Virus record (IMG/VR): IMGVR_UViG_3300044631_002251
Length of the DNA: 64,000 nt
From: an uncultured virus (IMG/VR IMGVR_UViG_3300044631_002251)
Lineage: Duplodnaviria > Heunggongvirae > Uroviricota > Caudoviricetes
Reading direction: 5' to 3' (one strand)
Part shown: positions 1 through 9,859 of the stretch, piece by piece
How the letters are laid out: every line of letters starts with the position of its first letter
How positions within the stretch are numbered: position 1 is the first letter of the stretch
Program-made: the position numbers and the translations under genes
The notes under the pieces: model-generated
What the model was told of the DNA's origin: nothing
The model's database searches: none
Seen by the model: only the letters and a program-made list of their open reading frames with translations

Positions 1-226
1 CATCTACAGCTAGTACCACTTCAGGAACTTCTGGTAGCTCTGGAACAAGCGGATCAAGTGGCACTGCTGGTACTAGCGGTGCAGCGCGAACTGCTGGTAC
101 ATCTACAGCTAGTACCACTTCAGGAACTTCTGGTAGCTCTGGAACAAGCGGATCAAGTGGCACTGCTGGTACTAGCGGTGCAGCGCGAACTGCTGGTACA
201 TCTACAGCTAGTACCACTTCAGGAAC
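1..226 (+). repeat. 99-bp tandem repeat (two identical copies plus a partial third) encoding a 33-aa S/T/G-rich unit
   Basis: catctacagctagtaccacttcaggaac recurs at 1, 100 and 199. Confidence 0.95.
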
Positions 227-1280
227 AAGTGGAACTCAAGGATCATCAGGAACTTCAGCGCCAGCAGGAACGAGTGGAATCAGTGGTGGTACATTTACAA
301 ATCAACCTAATTATTTAGTTTATAGTACTGGTACAGTAACTATAAATAGTGCTTCTTTCTTATATACTGATATAACAAATTCTCGTTTAGGAATAGGTAC
401 TACGGCTCCAGCACAATCTTTGCAATTAGGAACAAATACAGCTCAAACAACAACAAATACAGCTTTAAGTTTAGGAGCTTATTATTCGGCTTCAGCAGGC
501 AGTTCGGCTAATACTAAATTAAGAATTTGGGATGATAATGCTGGAACTATATATGGATTGGGAATATCTGCTGGTATATTAGAGTTCCATACACCAAGCG
601 GTCAAAACTTTTCATTTTATGAAGGTGGAACTTCAAGATTATATATTAAAACTGGTGGAAATGTTGGTATTAGAACAACAAATCCAACAAACACATTAGA
701 AATTAATACTGGAGGAACAATTTCTTATTCTAATAATGATATTGCATATCGTAACGCAAATGGACAAACATATTTAAAAAATGATGGAGCTGAATCTTAT
801 ATGTATAGCACATTGCCTCTTTCTTTTTATGCTCAAGAAGTGCGAATGCTATATATTAATAGTACAAAAGTTGGTGTTGGAACCACTGGTCCAGCTTATA
901 CTTTAGATGTTAATGGCCAGTGCCATGCAACATGTTTTCCAACATCATCTGATGTTCGTTTTAAAAAGAATATTGTTCCTTTGGAAAATGCTTTGGAAAA
1001 AGTTTTAGCTTTACGAGGAGTTCAATATGAATGGAATGAATTTATACATTCTATACGCGATGGATATGATTTAAATGTTCCAATCGTAGGAATGATTGCT
1101 CAAGAAGTTGAAGAGATTATTCCACAAATCGTAGGAACATGGAAGTTAAATGATGAATTAACTGATGCTAAATCTCTTGAATATCAAAGAATAGTTCCTT
1201 ATTTAATTGAAGCTATTAAAGAACAACAAAAACAAATTGATCAATTAAAATCTGATGTAAAAATTCTAATGAATAAATAA
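1..1280 (+). CDS. Tail fibre protein, 5'-truncated, with Ser/Thr/Gly repeats and C-terminal intramolecular chaperone (peptidase S74)
   Basis: Frame starting at nt 3 is open from the window edge (STASTTSGTSGSSGTSG...) into the 420..1280 ORF; GNVGIxTTxP fibre motifs; SSDVRFKKNI cleavage motif; C-terminal coiled coil. Confidence 0.85.
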   Translation, partial: STASTTSGTSGSSGTSGSSGTAGTSGAARTAGTSTASTTSGTSGSSGTSGSSGTAGTSGAARTAGTSTASTTSGTSGTQGSSGTSAPAGTSGISGGTFTNQPNYLVYSTGTVTINSASFLYTDITNSRLGIGTTAPAQSLQLGTNTAQTTTNTALSLGAYYSASAGSSANTKLRIWDDNAGTIYGLGISAGILEFHTPSGQNFSFYEGGTSRLYIKTGGNVGIRTTNPTNTLEINTGGTISYSNNDIAYRNANGQTYLKNDGAESYMYSTLPLSFYAQEVRMLYINSTKVGVGTTGPAYTLDVNGQCHATCFPTSSDVRFKKNIVPLENALEKVLALRGVQYEWNEFIHSIRDGYDLNVPIVGMIAQEVEEIIPQIVGTWKLNDELTDAKSLEYQRIVPYLIEAIKEQQKQIDQLKSDVKILMNK

Positions 1281-1287
1281 TATATTT

Positions 1288-1974
1288 GTGGCCGACATGT
1301 TTAATTCTTTTGATAAAATATACTGTATCAATCTGCCGTCTAGAAAAGATAGATGGCAGAATTGTTTGCTTCAATTTGCAAAATATAACATATCAAATAA
1401 TTTACAAAAATTTGATGGCATAGTTTATAATAATTCATTATTTAATAAAAAACAAAATGCTCATCTTGGATGTTGGTTTTCTCATTATACTATTTTAAAA
1501 CATGCTCAAGCCATGTGTTACAATAAAATTTTAATATTAGAAGATGATTTTATTTTCAAAGTTCAGCCAGAAGAGATGAATCTTAAATTAACTTCATGTA
1601 AAAATGAATTGCCGCAAAACTGGGATTTGTTTTATTTGGGAGCTTATTTTGTCAAAGGATATGATTACGAAGCTAAAGTAGATTATTCTGAAAATTTATA
1701 CAAAGCTAATACTGCTTTTTGTACTCATTCAATTTGTTATTCTAAATCAGGTATTGATAAAATAATATTTGCTATGGAAAAAGCTTTTCTTAAATTATCT
1801 GCTATTCCATCAAATTACGAAAGTATTGGGTGGTTTTATGTTAAAGAGTTTTTATATAAGAATAATTGTTATGCCAGTAAAGATTTTTTGTGTGGTCAAG
1901 TAAAAGATTTTTCAGATATAGAAAATTGTGTTGTAGATTATAATGATTACTTTTTAAAAGGTTATGCCTCGTAA
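1288..1974 (+). CDS. Glycosyltransferase family 25
   Basis: YCINLxxRxDR, GCWFSH, ILEDD, WDLFYLG motifs. Confidence 0.85.
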   Translation: MADMFNSFDKIYCINLPSRKDRWQNCLLQFAKYNISNNLQKFDGIVYNNSLFNKKQNAHLGCWFSHYTILKHAQAMCYNKILILEDDFIFKVQPEEMNLKLTSCKNELPQNWDLFYLGAYFVKGYDYEAKVDYSENLYKANTAFCTHSICYSKSGIDKIIFAMEKAFLKLSAIPSNYESIGWFYVKEFLYKNNCYASKDFLCGQVKDFSDIENCVVDYNDYFLKGYAS

Positions 1975-1991
1975 CAAGTGTAATATTCTAT

Positions 1992-3095
1992 ATGCCAATT
2001 ACTAGAAACAGAGTTATTTATGCAGGAACAGATGTATTAGTTTCAGATTCGCCATCTTGGAGTGGACAAACTGGATCTAAATCTTTGAAATTATTAAAAA
2101 GAGTTCAATCAAGTAGTATATCTATAAGTAATCCTGTAACTAGACCAAAACAAATTGGTAGTTCTGATTTTGCATTTGAAAAATATATAACTATTCCAGA
2201 GATATCTGTAGATTTAAATTATATTGTTTCTGATAATTCTAATGAATTGCTTTTAGGATTGAATGCTACTGGTAACGAGTCTTTCTTAAAAAATATGGCA
2301 GTTACTGGTCAGGATAAAAATTTATTTTTTATATTAACTGATACTAATGCCCAAGATGCAGATAGTTTAACAAATATGGTTGGTAATGATGTATTTGCTG
2401 TTGGTAATGCTTTCTTAACTAGTTATTCTTTATCTGCTGAAGTCGGATCTGTGCCAAGCGTTTCTGCTTCTTTCGCTTGTTTGAACATGACGTTTCAAAC
2501 TTATAATGGAACCGGAACTAATGGAAGCGAGGTTCCAGCAATCAATTTAACAAATGGAATAAAGTCAACAGAAAAATATTTATTGACTGGAGCGAATATG
2601 ACTCCAGCAAATTATTTATCAAATCAAACTATTAGACCAAATGCTATTAGACCTGGAGATATAGTTCTTCAATTGCCGCAAACTTTCATGGGAGGAATAA
2701 GATATTCTGGAGATGTGCCAGCTACAATATCCTCTTTGCAAATAGATGTTCCAATTGAAAGAAGAGATTTATTGGGTTTTGGAAGTAATTATCCTTACGA
2801 TAAAAGAATAATGTATCCATTGATTGGCACAATAAGTTTTAATGGAATTTTTGATGAGCCAGTAACAGGTGATTTTAGCAGTATTTTTACAAATGATACT
2901 GCTTATGATTTGACGTTTAATTTAAAAAATTATAATGGCGCGACTGGTTTAAGAGTTGAAATTTTAAACGCAAGAATAGAGGAACAGTCTTTTGATTTAT
3001 CTATTGGTGATAATATGAATTTTCAATCTAAATTTTCATTTAAGATCTTCGAAACAGACGGTATGAGAATTAGCGGTGCAGCAAGATTAATTTAA
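1992..3095 (+). CDS. Putative tail tube-like structural protein
   Basis: Beta-rich duplicated architecture, RNRVIY N-terminus, near the fibre gene, GTGTAA motif upstream. Confidence 0.5.
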   Translation: MPITRNRVIYAGTDVLVSDSPSWSGQTGSKSLKLLKRVQSSSISISNPVTRPKQIGSSDFAFEKYITIPEISVDLNYIVSDNSNELLLGLNATGNESFLKNMAVTGQDKNLFFILTDTNAQDADSLTNMVGNDVFAVGNAFLTSYSLSAEVGSVPSVSASFACLNMTFQTYNGTGTNGSEVPAINLTNGIKSTEKYLLTGANMTPANYLSNQTIRPNAIRPGDIVLQLPQTFMGGIRYSGDVPATISSLQIDVPIERRDLLGFGSNYPYDKRIMYPLIGTISFNGIFDEPVTGDFSSIFTNDTAYDLTFNLKNYNGATGLRVEILNARIEEQSFDLSIGDNMNFQSKFSFKIFETDGMRISGAARLI

Positions 3096-3484
3096 AACTC
3101 AATTCTTGCATTTTTTGTTTCAATTTTCTTTGGAATATCTTTGATATGCTTTTTGCCATTCGTTTTCTTTTTATAGTCATCAAAGTATTTGCGCTTCAAA
3201 GGGTCTTCGCCGCCAGCCAAAGCTGCTCTTCGATCAGATAATTCAGAAGAGTAATCAAGAAGATCGCCATATTTGCCAGTCATTCCGCCGGTTTTATTTA
3301 CAAATGCTTTGTTGTCAAATGGATCAACAACAGTAGCGTTTCCTATATTTACTTGTGGCACATCGTATAGTCGCTCCCAATTATCTTCATTGCCACTTTT
3401 ACCGCGATATGGCTTATAATCTTTCATAGACATAACTACATCTACGATCTTGCCAGTTTTTTTATTCTTAAATTGATAAACCAT
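3092..3484 (-). CDS. Hypothetical protein, FmdB-like N-terminus lacking cysteines
   Basis: MVYQFKNKKTGKIVDVVMSM resembles FmdB-type starts. Confidence 0.45.
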   Translation of the reverse strand: MVYQFKNKKTGKIVDVVMSMKDYKPYRGKSGNEDNWERLYDVPQVNIGNATVVDPFDNKAFVNKTGGMTGKYGDLLDYSSELSDRRAALAGGEDPLKRKYFDDYKKKTNGKKHIKDIPKKIETKNARIEF

Positions 3485-3512
3485 ATCTATTATATCATAT
3501 GCAGAAAAAATT

Positions 3513-3536
3513 AAAGCGCGACTTTCATCGCGCTTT
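3513..3536 (-). terminator. Intrinsic terminator after hsp20
   Basis: aaagcgcga-ctttca-tcgcgcttt hairpin followed by a T-rich tract on the minus strand. Confidence 0.7.
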
Positions 3537-3542
3537 GTTTGT

Positions 3543-3821
3543 TTATTCTATTTCTATTTTTCTTTCCACTTTTTTAATTTGCGGTACTGTAATGGTTAAC
3601 AGGCCGTTTTTCATTTTAGCTTTAACGTTGTCGAAATCGTACTTGTTTCTCAGAATGTAATCTTCATAACTAATTCTGTATCTATTTTCTTCAACATTGA
3701 TGCCTATATAATAATCTTCATTATAAATTTTAACATCTTCTTTTGATTTGCCAGGAAGTTCAACGTTGAATACTAAGCCGTCTTCTTTTACTTGATATTT
3801 ATATGTTAATCTATTATACAT
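3543..3821 (-). CDS. Small heat-shock protein (Hsp20/alpha-crystallin)
   Basis: VELPGKSKEDVKI and AKMKNGLLTITVP motifs. Confidence 0.9.
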   Translation of the reverse strand: MYNRLTYKYQVKEDGLVFNVELPGKSKEDVKIYNEDYYIGINVEENRYRISYEDYILRNKYDFDNVKAKMKNGLLTITVPQIKKVERKIEIE

Positions 3822-3835
3822 AGTAATTATGCTAT

Positions 3836-3852
3836 AGCAAGAATCGTGCCAA
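3836..3852 (-). promoter_or_regulatory. Sigma54 (-24/-12) promoter of hsp20
   Basis: Minus strand reads TTGGCACGATTCTTGCT, matching TGGCACG-N4-TTGC. Confidence 0.85.
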
Positions 3853-3914
3853 CTTTTTATAGCGTTTTAAAGCGTCTTTTAAGGCGTTTTAGAGAATATA
3901 TGACACATAATACG

Positions 3915-5003
3915 TCACATCTGGCTACTTATGGCACAGAGTATTGTCTCAACTGTTTTTTCATAAGTAAATTCTTTTTGAAGTTTAAGACCTTCTGGAT
4001 TTAGTGTCTTAGCGTATGAAACAGATTTGAGAATAGCATTTTCCATTTCTTCGTCAGTGATATCAAAGAATTGACCTTGATTAAACGACTGTCCCTTATT
4101 AAAGAAAACTCCATCGTAACATTCTTTGAGGCTAGAAGGCTCTATTAGTATACTGTTGGTGTTTGTGGCCCAATCCTTATGTGCTGTCGCATTCATTACA
4201 ACACTCCACTTGCCAAGCGCAGTAGCATTGAATGATGGGAGATTCCAGCCTTCTGCTCCACTCAATCCGCCAAGATCAATATCTATGCTATTTAAATAAT
4301 CATTTACTTCGCTGTTTGTTTGCATGTATGGGATAAAGTTTAAATTATTATAATTCTTACCTTCTAGCAGCTTTAGCATTTCATTTTGAAATTTAGCTTT
4401 ATCTAGAAATGGGTTTGTGATAGCGCAACTTAATTGATATTTAGAATTATTACCAAAAAGCTTCAACCATGTTTTAATAATACGAGCGGTATTTTTTCTG
4501 CTTTCAAACTTACCAAGAATTCCAAAATGAATTTTATCTTGAAGATAAGTTCTATTGGTTGCATGAAAATCATTATCAAAACCCAATGGAACATAAGTAA
4601 CATTTTGAATTCCATTCAATTCAAAAATATTTTTTGTATAATTTGAGCTTACAAATACTTTGTCTTGTAGACTTAGGAGATTTTTTTCAATCGCCGTAAC
4701 TTCAGACACTTCGTGAAAAGTGAATAGAGATTGATTTTTAGCATATCTAGTTTCGCTTCCAAAAATATGCCACAACTTTAGAGAAGGAGTGTTTCTGTCA
4801 ATTTTTTCATATCTACTGTTGGTGGCGGATTGAAGATATTTAATAAAATCTCCATCGATCTTATCGTATGCTTCTAGTTCAGCTTTATCTCCAATAGGAA
4901 AAAATATCAAATCTATATTCTTCTTGTATAATTCTCGAAGAATATTTACAGATACATTACCAAAAGATAATGCGTTAATTGGCGCGTTGACTAATAATTT
5001 CAT
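3915..5003 (-). CDS. Glycosyltransferase, GT-B/GT4-like
   Basis: GKFESRKN and AEGWNLP motifs. Confidence 0.8.
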   Translation of the reverse strand: MKLLVNAPINALSFGNVSVNILRELYKKNIDLIFFPIGDKAELEAYDKIDGDFIKYLQSATNSRYEKIDRNTPSLKLWHIFGSETRYAKNQSLFTFHEVSEVTAIEKNLLSLQDKVFVSSNYTKNIFELNGIQNVTYVPLGFDNDFHATNRTYLQDKIHFGILGKFESRKNTARIIKTWLKLFGNNSKYQLSCAITNPFLDKAKFQNEMLKLLEGKNYNNLNFIPYMQTNSEVNDYLNSIDIDLGGLSGAEGWNLPSFNATALGKWSVVMNATAHKDWATNTNSILIEPSSLKECYDGVFFNKGQSFNQGQFFDITDEEMENAILKSVSYAKTLNPEGLKLQKEFTYEKTVETILCAISSQM

Positions 5004-5601
5004 ATTTGGATCTTATATTTTTTGAGATAGAATTTAAAGCTGCGTTATGTATATTTATACATCCTTGAATGCTTAGGTTCATTGACTTGCTGATTTTGCG
5101 CCAAGGGGTTAGTTTCTTGTTTCCTGAATAGCGCATTGAGAAGATTTTTTGTATTCGCTTGTCTGGATGTTTAGAAATCTCTTCATTGAATTCTTTTAGG
5201 ATTTGATCTTGAAAGTTAACTACAGTGTGTTCGTAGTTATCTTTTATGCATTCAAAATCATAAGTATTATCATTTAATTCGACGTACTTTTTATTCTTAT
5301 TAGAAGCGTTTAAACACATCCATTTAGCTTCATTTCCTAAAAATGTTGAAAACTTTGTACCTCTGTTCTCGTCGTATTTGAGAACTGAATTGTATATAGC
5401 GTACTCTTTATCATTTATAATCTCATCTTTTAAAGAGTCGTTATTGCAGTTTCTAAGAAAAGAATTTACTATATCCAAGTAAATTCCTGAGTGCCTATCA
5501 ATAAGTTCTTGTAGACATTCATCTACTTTCTTTTTTCTTTTGATATTTTTGATTAAATCTAAATCACTTAAAATCTCCATATGTTGACCATCCTTTTTCA
5601 T
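4975..5601 (-). CDS. Phage sigma70-family RNA polymerase sigma factor
   Basis: Region 2 YDENRGTKFSTF; region-4 HTH-like C-terminus. Confidence 0.8.
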   Translation of the reverse strand: MKKDGQHMEILSDLDLIKNIKRKKKVDECLQELIDRHSGIYLDIVNSFLRNCNNDSLKDEIINDKEYAIYNSVLKYDENRGTKFSTFLGNEAKWMCLNASNKNKKYVELNDNTYDFECIKDNYEHTVVNFQDQILKEFNEEISKHPDKRIQKIFSMRYSGNKKLTPWRKISKSMNLSIQGCINIHNAALNSISKNIRSKYEIISQRAN

Positions 5602-6193
5602 AGAATAACTTGCTCAAGTGATAATTGCAAGTTTCTTTTTCATCAGTAAACGTTTTCCATCTGATTATATGGTCAGAATTGCGTTTTACAATAGGATCGT
5701 TTGATCTTTCTTGAAAATTAGAAGGTTTTTGCCCCATTCTGCTTAGGTGGATCATAAAGCCGCCGTTGTCTTTTATCCATTTAACTTCGTTTTCATAACG
5801 GACATCAGTTATAACAACGATAATCTTGTTGTTAATTGAAGACTTTACTTGTTTTTCTATCTTTTTAATCCAGTAGTCAGGATCGATTTTTCTACAAGTG
5901 TCTGTTCCCCAACATACAAGCATTGGGCGAATAAGTTCTTTTTCAAAATTAATATCTGTAAAAGCTGAGATATTTAATTTCTCTTTTAAGAATGGGTCAA
6001 GATCTTTTTTTAATTCAGTAGCGAATGATATATTCAACGCTGGAAAACCAGACTTATTTAACTTGTTGATAAGATGTTTTCCAAGAGTGTCTTTTCCACA
6101 TCTTGCGACTCCACCTATTCCAAATATTAATGGCAGTTCTTTAAATATCACTTTTTTTCTTCTTCGTATTAAAAATTTATGTGTCTTATTCAT
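5564..6193 (-). CDS. Deoxynucleoside monophosphate kinase-like protein
   Basis: P-loop GVARCGKDT, SFA, ITDVRYENE motifs. Confidence 0.8.
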   Translation of the reverse strand: MNKTHKFLIRRRKKVIFKELPLIFGIGGVARCGKDTLGKHLINKLNKSGFPALNISFATELKKDLDPFLKEKLNISAFTDINFEKELIRPMLVCWGTDTCRKIDPDYWIKKIEKQVKSSINNKIIVVITDVRYENEVKWIKDNGGFMIHLSRMGQKPSNFQERSNDPIVKRNSDHIIRWKTFTDEKETCNYHLSKLFYEKGWSTYGDFK

Positions 6194-6326
6194 TTCTCTT
6201 AGGTTTCGCTCTCTTAGGTATACCTTACCGATTTGTTAAGGTCAACCTTTTTTATTAAGATTTAGACTTAGATATTGCGTATGATTTTCGTAAGATGAAT
6301 TAAACTCTTTCGCTTCGCTCCAGAGT

Positions 6327-6632
6327 TTAATGAGGATTTTCTCCTTTGTCAAGGAAAAAATCACTCAGAGACTCTAAATCTTTTGCCAATTTAAAATGAC
6401 CAAGATCGTTTAAAATACTTGATGTGTAAAAAACAAATGTTTCATTTTCTTTTTTATTTATAAAATCAACACTGGTTATAAAAGAAAGATTGGTCTCTTG
6501 ACCTTTTTTATTAAGAATATTTTTCAATCCAATACATGAAGCTTCTTCAGGTGAATTTGCCATAACCATACATTCTAAGTCTGCACATGTTACTAAGTAA
6601 AAATGCTCTTGACTTTCTACGCTTCTAATCAT
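6327..6632 (-). CDS. Hypothetical protein
   Basis: ORF preceded on the minus strand by TTGACA-N16-TATATT. Confidence 0.6.
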   Translation of the reverse strand: MIRSVESQEHFYLVTCADLECMVMANSPEEASCIGLKNILNKKGQETNLSFITSVDFINKKENETFVFYTSSILNDLGHFKLAKDLESLSDFFLDKGENPH

Positions 6633-6652
6633 AAGATTAATATATTCTTTAA

Positions 6653-7516
6653 ATGATAAATGTCAACCAAAAAATACTATGGTTAGCTGACTATGATTTA
6701 GATCAGGCTCCAGGCGGCGCACAAAGAAGCGATAAGATCATATTAGATAAAGGTAAGTTGCTTGGTTTTAATATTCTAAAAGTAAATCACGAAACCTTTG
6801 GAAAACATATCAACATACATGATTATGATATACTAGTTACTTCAAACGTTTGCGCTATCTTTCAAAAGCATTCTTGGATTTTAGACGAGATAACTAAGCA
6901 CAAGTATCACGTTAGAATCGAACACGATTCAAATGATTATTTAAATCAAGAAAATAGAATAAAACTGTTTTCATTTTGCAAGAAGACATTTTTCTTAACT
7001 GATTATCATTTTTGGTTCTTTAAACAACTATATGGAGATATTTTTAAGAATGTAGAAATCGTTCCTGATCCAATTGAAACAGATAAGTTTTACGATTATG
7101 GTCAGCAACGTGAAGATAAGATTTTATATGTTGGATATATGCATCCATTGAAGGGTACAAGCAACTTTTTTGAACTAGCCTTGAGAAATCCAGATATAAA
7201 ATACGCTGTTGCTGGATGGAGCGATTATCAAACTTATAATTTTCTAAGTACTAATGTTCCAAATATTGAATATCTTGGTTTGATCAAATACGAACAAATG
7301 CCTCAAGTTTATAATAAATATAAGACTCTTTATTATGAACCAAATTTAAGAGAGCCTTTCTGTAGATCTGTAGCTGAATCTATTATTTGCGGAATGACTA
7401 TCATGACAAGCAAGCAATCTCAAATTGGATGTCTCCATGATATTGAAAAAAATGGAATAGTAGGTTTTAAAGAAAATTGTAAAAATGCTTCAGTTGATTT
7501 TTGGAATAAGATATGA
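6653..7516 (+). CDS. Glycosyltransferase family 4
   Basis: GGAQ, YVG...KG, EPFCRSVAES motifs. Confidence 0.8.
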   Translation: MINVNQKILWLADYDLDQAPGGAQRSDKIILDKGKLLGFNILKVNHETFGKHINIHDYDILVTSNVCAIFQKHSWILDEITKHKYHVRIEHDSNDYLNQENRIKLFSFCKKTFFLTDYHFWFFKQLYGDIFKNVEIVPDPIETDKFYDYGQQREDKILYVGYMHPLKGTSNFFELALRNPDIKYAVAGWSDYQTYNFLSTNVPNIEYLGLIKYEQMPQVYNKYKTLYYEPNLREPFCRSVAESIICGMTIMTSKQSQIGCLHDIEKNGIVGFKENCKNASVDFWNKI

Positions 7517-8220
7517 ATAATCCATTTAATTTTTTCGATAAAATATTCTGCATAAATCTTGATGACAGACAAGACAGATGGATAGACTGTTGTAAAATAT
7601 TTAATAAATATGAAATGATGCACAAGGTCGAAAGATTTTCTGCTTTAAAATTTACACACCAAGATCCTCGCTTGATTAAGGTTATGGGACAAATAGGATG
7701 TAGCATGTCCCATTTTGGAGTTCTAAAAAAAGCTAAAGAACAAAATTTAAATAATTTTCTAGTATTAGAAGATGATTTTTGTTTTGAATTTGAGCCTTTT
7801 GAATTATTTGAAAAAATGAATTCCTCGTTATTAGAGCTTCCAAACAATTGGAACATGTTTTATCTAGGAGGAAATCTAGATTCTTCTTATAACGTAGATC
7901 CAATAGAAAAATATTCTGATAATCTTTTTAAACTAAATGCTTGTCATACAACACACGCTTTTGCAGTAAACAAAAACATATACGATGTAATTCTCAAAGA
8001 TGAACCAACTTTAGACGAATTGCCCTCTTGGCATAACAAATATACTGTTATTGATGTTTATTTTTCAAAAGCTATTTTATCTAAAAATAATTGCTTTATA
8101 ACAAACCCTATTTTATCTCTTCAGAGACCAGGTTTTTCAAATATAGAACATAACAATTATGACTATAGATTTTGGATGTTGCAAAATTTTAATAATTTTA
8201 AAAACAAACTTAATAAGTGA
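7513..8220 (+). CDS. Glycosyltransferase family 25
   Basis: FCINLDDRQDR, GCSMSH, VLEDD; paralogue of 1288..1974. Confidence 0.85.
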   Translation: MNNPFNFFDKIFCINLDDRQDRWIDCCKIFNKYEMMHKVERFSALKFTHQDPRLIKVMGQIGCSMSHFGVLKKAKEQNLNNFLVLEDDFCFEFEPFELFEKMNSSLLELPNNWNMFYLGGNLDSSYNVDPIEKYSDNLFKLNACHTTHAFAVNKNIYDVILKDEPTLDELPSWHNKYTVIDVYFSKAILSKNNCFITNPILSLQRPGFSNIEHNNYDYRFWMLQNFNNFKNKLNK

Positions 8221-8996
8221 GCAACATAATTTCATTTCAAATGATGGGCGGATTGGGAAATATTTTATTTTCTCTTTCTACAGCTTACGCATTAAGTAAA
8301 AAATATAATTTAGATTTAAAACTTTGTTATAATCATACTGGGTATCTTCACACGCCTCCATCAATTTATAAAAATAATATATTTAATAGCTTCAAAGAGC
8401 TTGGTGAGAAAACTAATTTTCAATTAATAAATCAAATAAAATTTGATTTCTATGAAATAGAAATACCAAAAAACACTAACGTTTTTCTTAATGGATACTT
8501 TCAGTCAGAAAATAATTTTTTAAATTTTAAAAGCGATTTAATAACAAAGCTATCTCCACAAGAAAAAAATAAAAAAATTTTATTAGATAAATATCCAGAC
8601 TTAAAACTAGATAGAACCGTAAGCGTTCATGTTAGAAAAGGAAACTATAAAAATTTACAAGAATTTCATCCTTTATTATCAAAAGAATATTATTTTAAAG
8701 CTTTAGAAAACTTTATCGATCATAAAATTTTTATATTCAGCGATGATATAGAATCTTGTTATGATGTTTTTAAAAGATATGACTGCGCGTTTATAAAAAA
8801 CGATTTTGATTTAGATGATTTATATTGCATGTCACTATGTAAAAATAACATAATAGCAAATAGCACTTTTAGCTGGTGGGGAGCATGGCTAAATCAAAAT
8901 TTAAATAAAAAAGTAATAGCACCATCCACATGGTTTGGTTCAAAAATGACATTTACAAGCAAAGACATAATACCAAAAGAGTGGACAATAATTTAA
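8217..8996 (+). CDS. Alpha-1,2-fucosyl/colitosyltransferase, GT11
   Basis: GGLGN, GYFQS, HVRKGNY, FSDD, NSTFSWWGA motifs. Confidence 0.9.
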   Translation: MSNIISFQMMGGLGNILFSLSTAYALSKKYNLDLKLCYNHTGYLHTPPSIYKNNIFNSFKELGEKTNFQLINQIKFDFYEIEIPKNTNVFLNGYFQSENNFLNFKSDLITKLSPQEKNKKILLDKYPDLKLDRTVSVHVRKGNYKNLQEFHPLLSKEYYFKALENFIDHKIFIFSDDIESCYDVFKRYDCAFIKNDFDLDDLYCMSLCKNNIIANSTFSWWGAWLNQNLNKKVIAPSTWFGSKMTFTSKDIIPKEWTII

Positions 8997-9001
8997 ATAT
9001 T

Positions 9002-9814
9002 ATGAAATTATTTTTAAAAGATACATGCTTTTCTCATTGTTTATTTAGCAATAACCCATTGCCACCTATTCAATTTTCTGAAGAGATAGAATGGGATAGG
9101 TCTAATAATTTTAAAGATTCAGATTATATAATTTTTACAGATGATGAAATTTATAATACTAGGAATAACAATCAAAAAGATATAGCATGGCTGGTCGAAC
9201 CATATGAATTGCAGCCTCGCAATTATTTATATTTACAAAATAACTATAATAATTTTTTTAAAATACTAACTCATGATTCGGATTTATTAAAACTTCCAAA
9301 TTCTTACAAAATACCATACGGAGGATGTTGGATAAAAAAACAAGATTTTAAGATATATGATAAAAGTAAAAATTTATCAATTGTTTGTTCCAATAAAACA
9401 TATCTAAGCGGTCATAAATTAAGACATAAAGTAATAAAAAGCATTGGCAATATTATTGACGTATATGGTAACGGTTATAATTCAATTAGTTATAAACTAG
9501 AATCTTTACAAAATTATAAATATCAGATTGTAATAGAAAACGTCAAAAAAGATTTTTGGTTTACTGAAAAATTAATTGATTGTTTTGTTACAGGAACAAT
9601 TCCAATATATTACGGCTGCCCATCGATTCATAATTTTTTTGACATAAATGGAATAATCACTTTTGATACTGTAGAGGAACTGATTGAAAAAATAAACGAC
9701 TTAAAACCAAACCATTACGAATCCAAAATAGAAAGCATAGAAATAAATTTTAAAAAAGCTCAAGAATATATTTTAGCAGAGAGCAGTATAAATAAATTCT
9801 TCAATGAATTATGA
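9002..9814 (+). CDS. Glycosyltransferase family 10 (fucosyltransferase-like)
   Basis: YQIVIEN...FTEKLID...GTIPIYYG motif; ATG at 9002 preferred. Confidence 0.8.
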   Translation: MKLFLKDTCFSHCLFSNNPLPPIQFSEEIEWDRSNNFKDSDYIIFTDDEIYNTRNNNQKDIAWLVEPYELQPRNYLYLQNNYNNFFKILTHDSDLLKLPNSYKIPYGGCWIKKQDFKIYDKSKNLSIVCSNKTYLSGHKLRHKVIKSIGNIIDVYGNGYNSISYKLESLQNYKYQIVIENVKKDFWFTEKLIDCFVTGTIPIYYGCPSIHNFFDINGIITFDTVEELIEKINDLKPNHYESKIESIEINFKKAQEYILAESSINKFFNEL

Positions 9815-9859
9815 TGCTATCTGTTTGATTTTTTTTTAAAAAAATATATTATCAAATTG

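Noticed and set aside
1..226. Possible CRISPR array
   Set aside because: Contiguous in-frame 99-bp tandem units with no unique spacers
58..318. 86-aa ORF with LVxLQ repeats
   Set aside because: Shadow frame of the S/T/G repeat; the real frame is continuous with the tail fibre ORF
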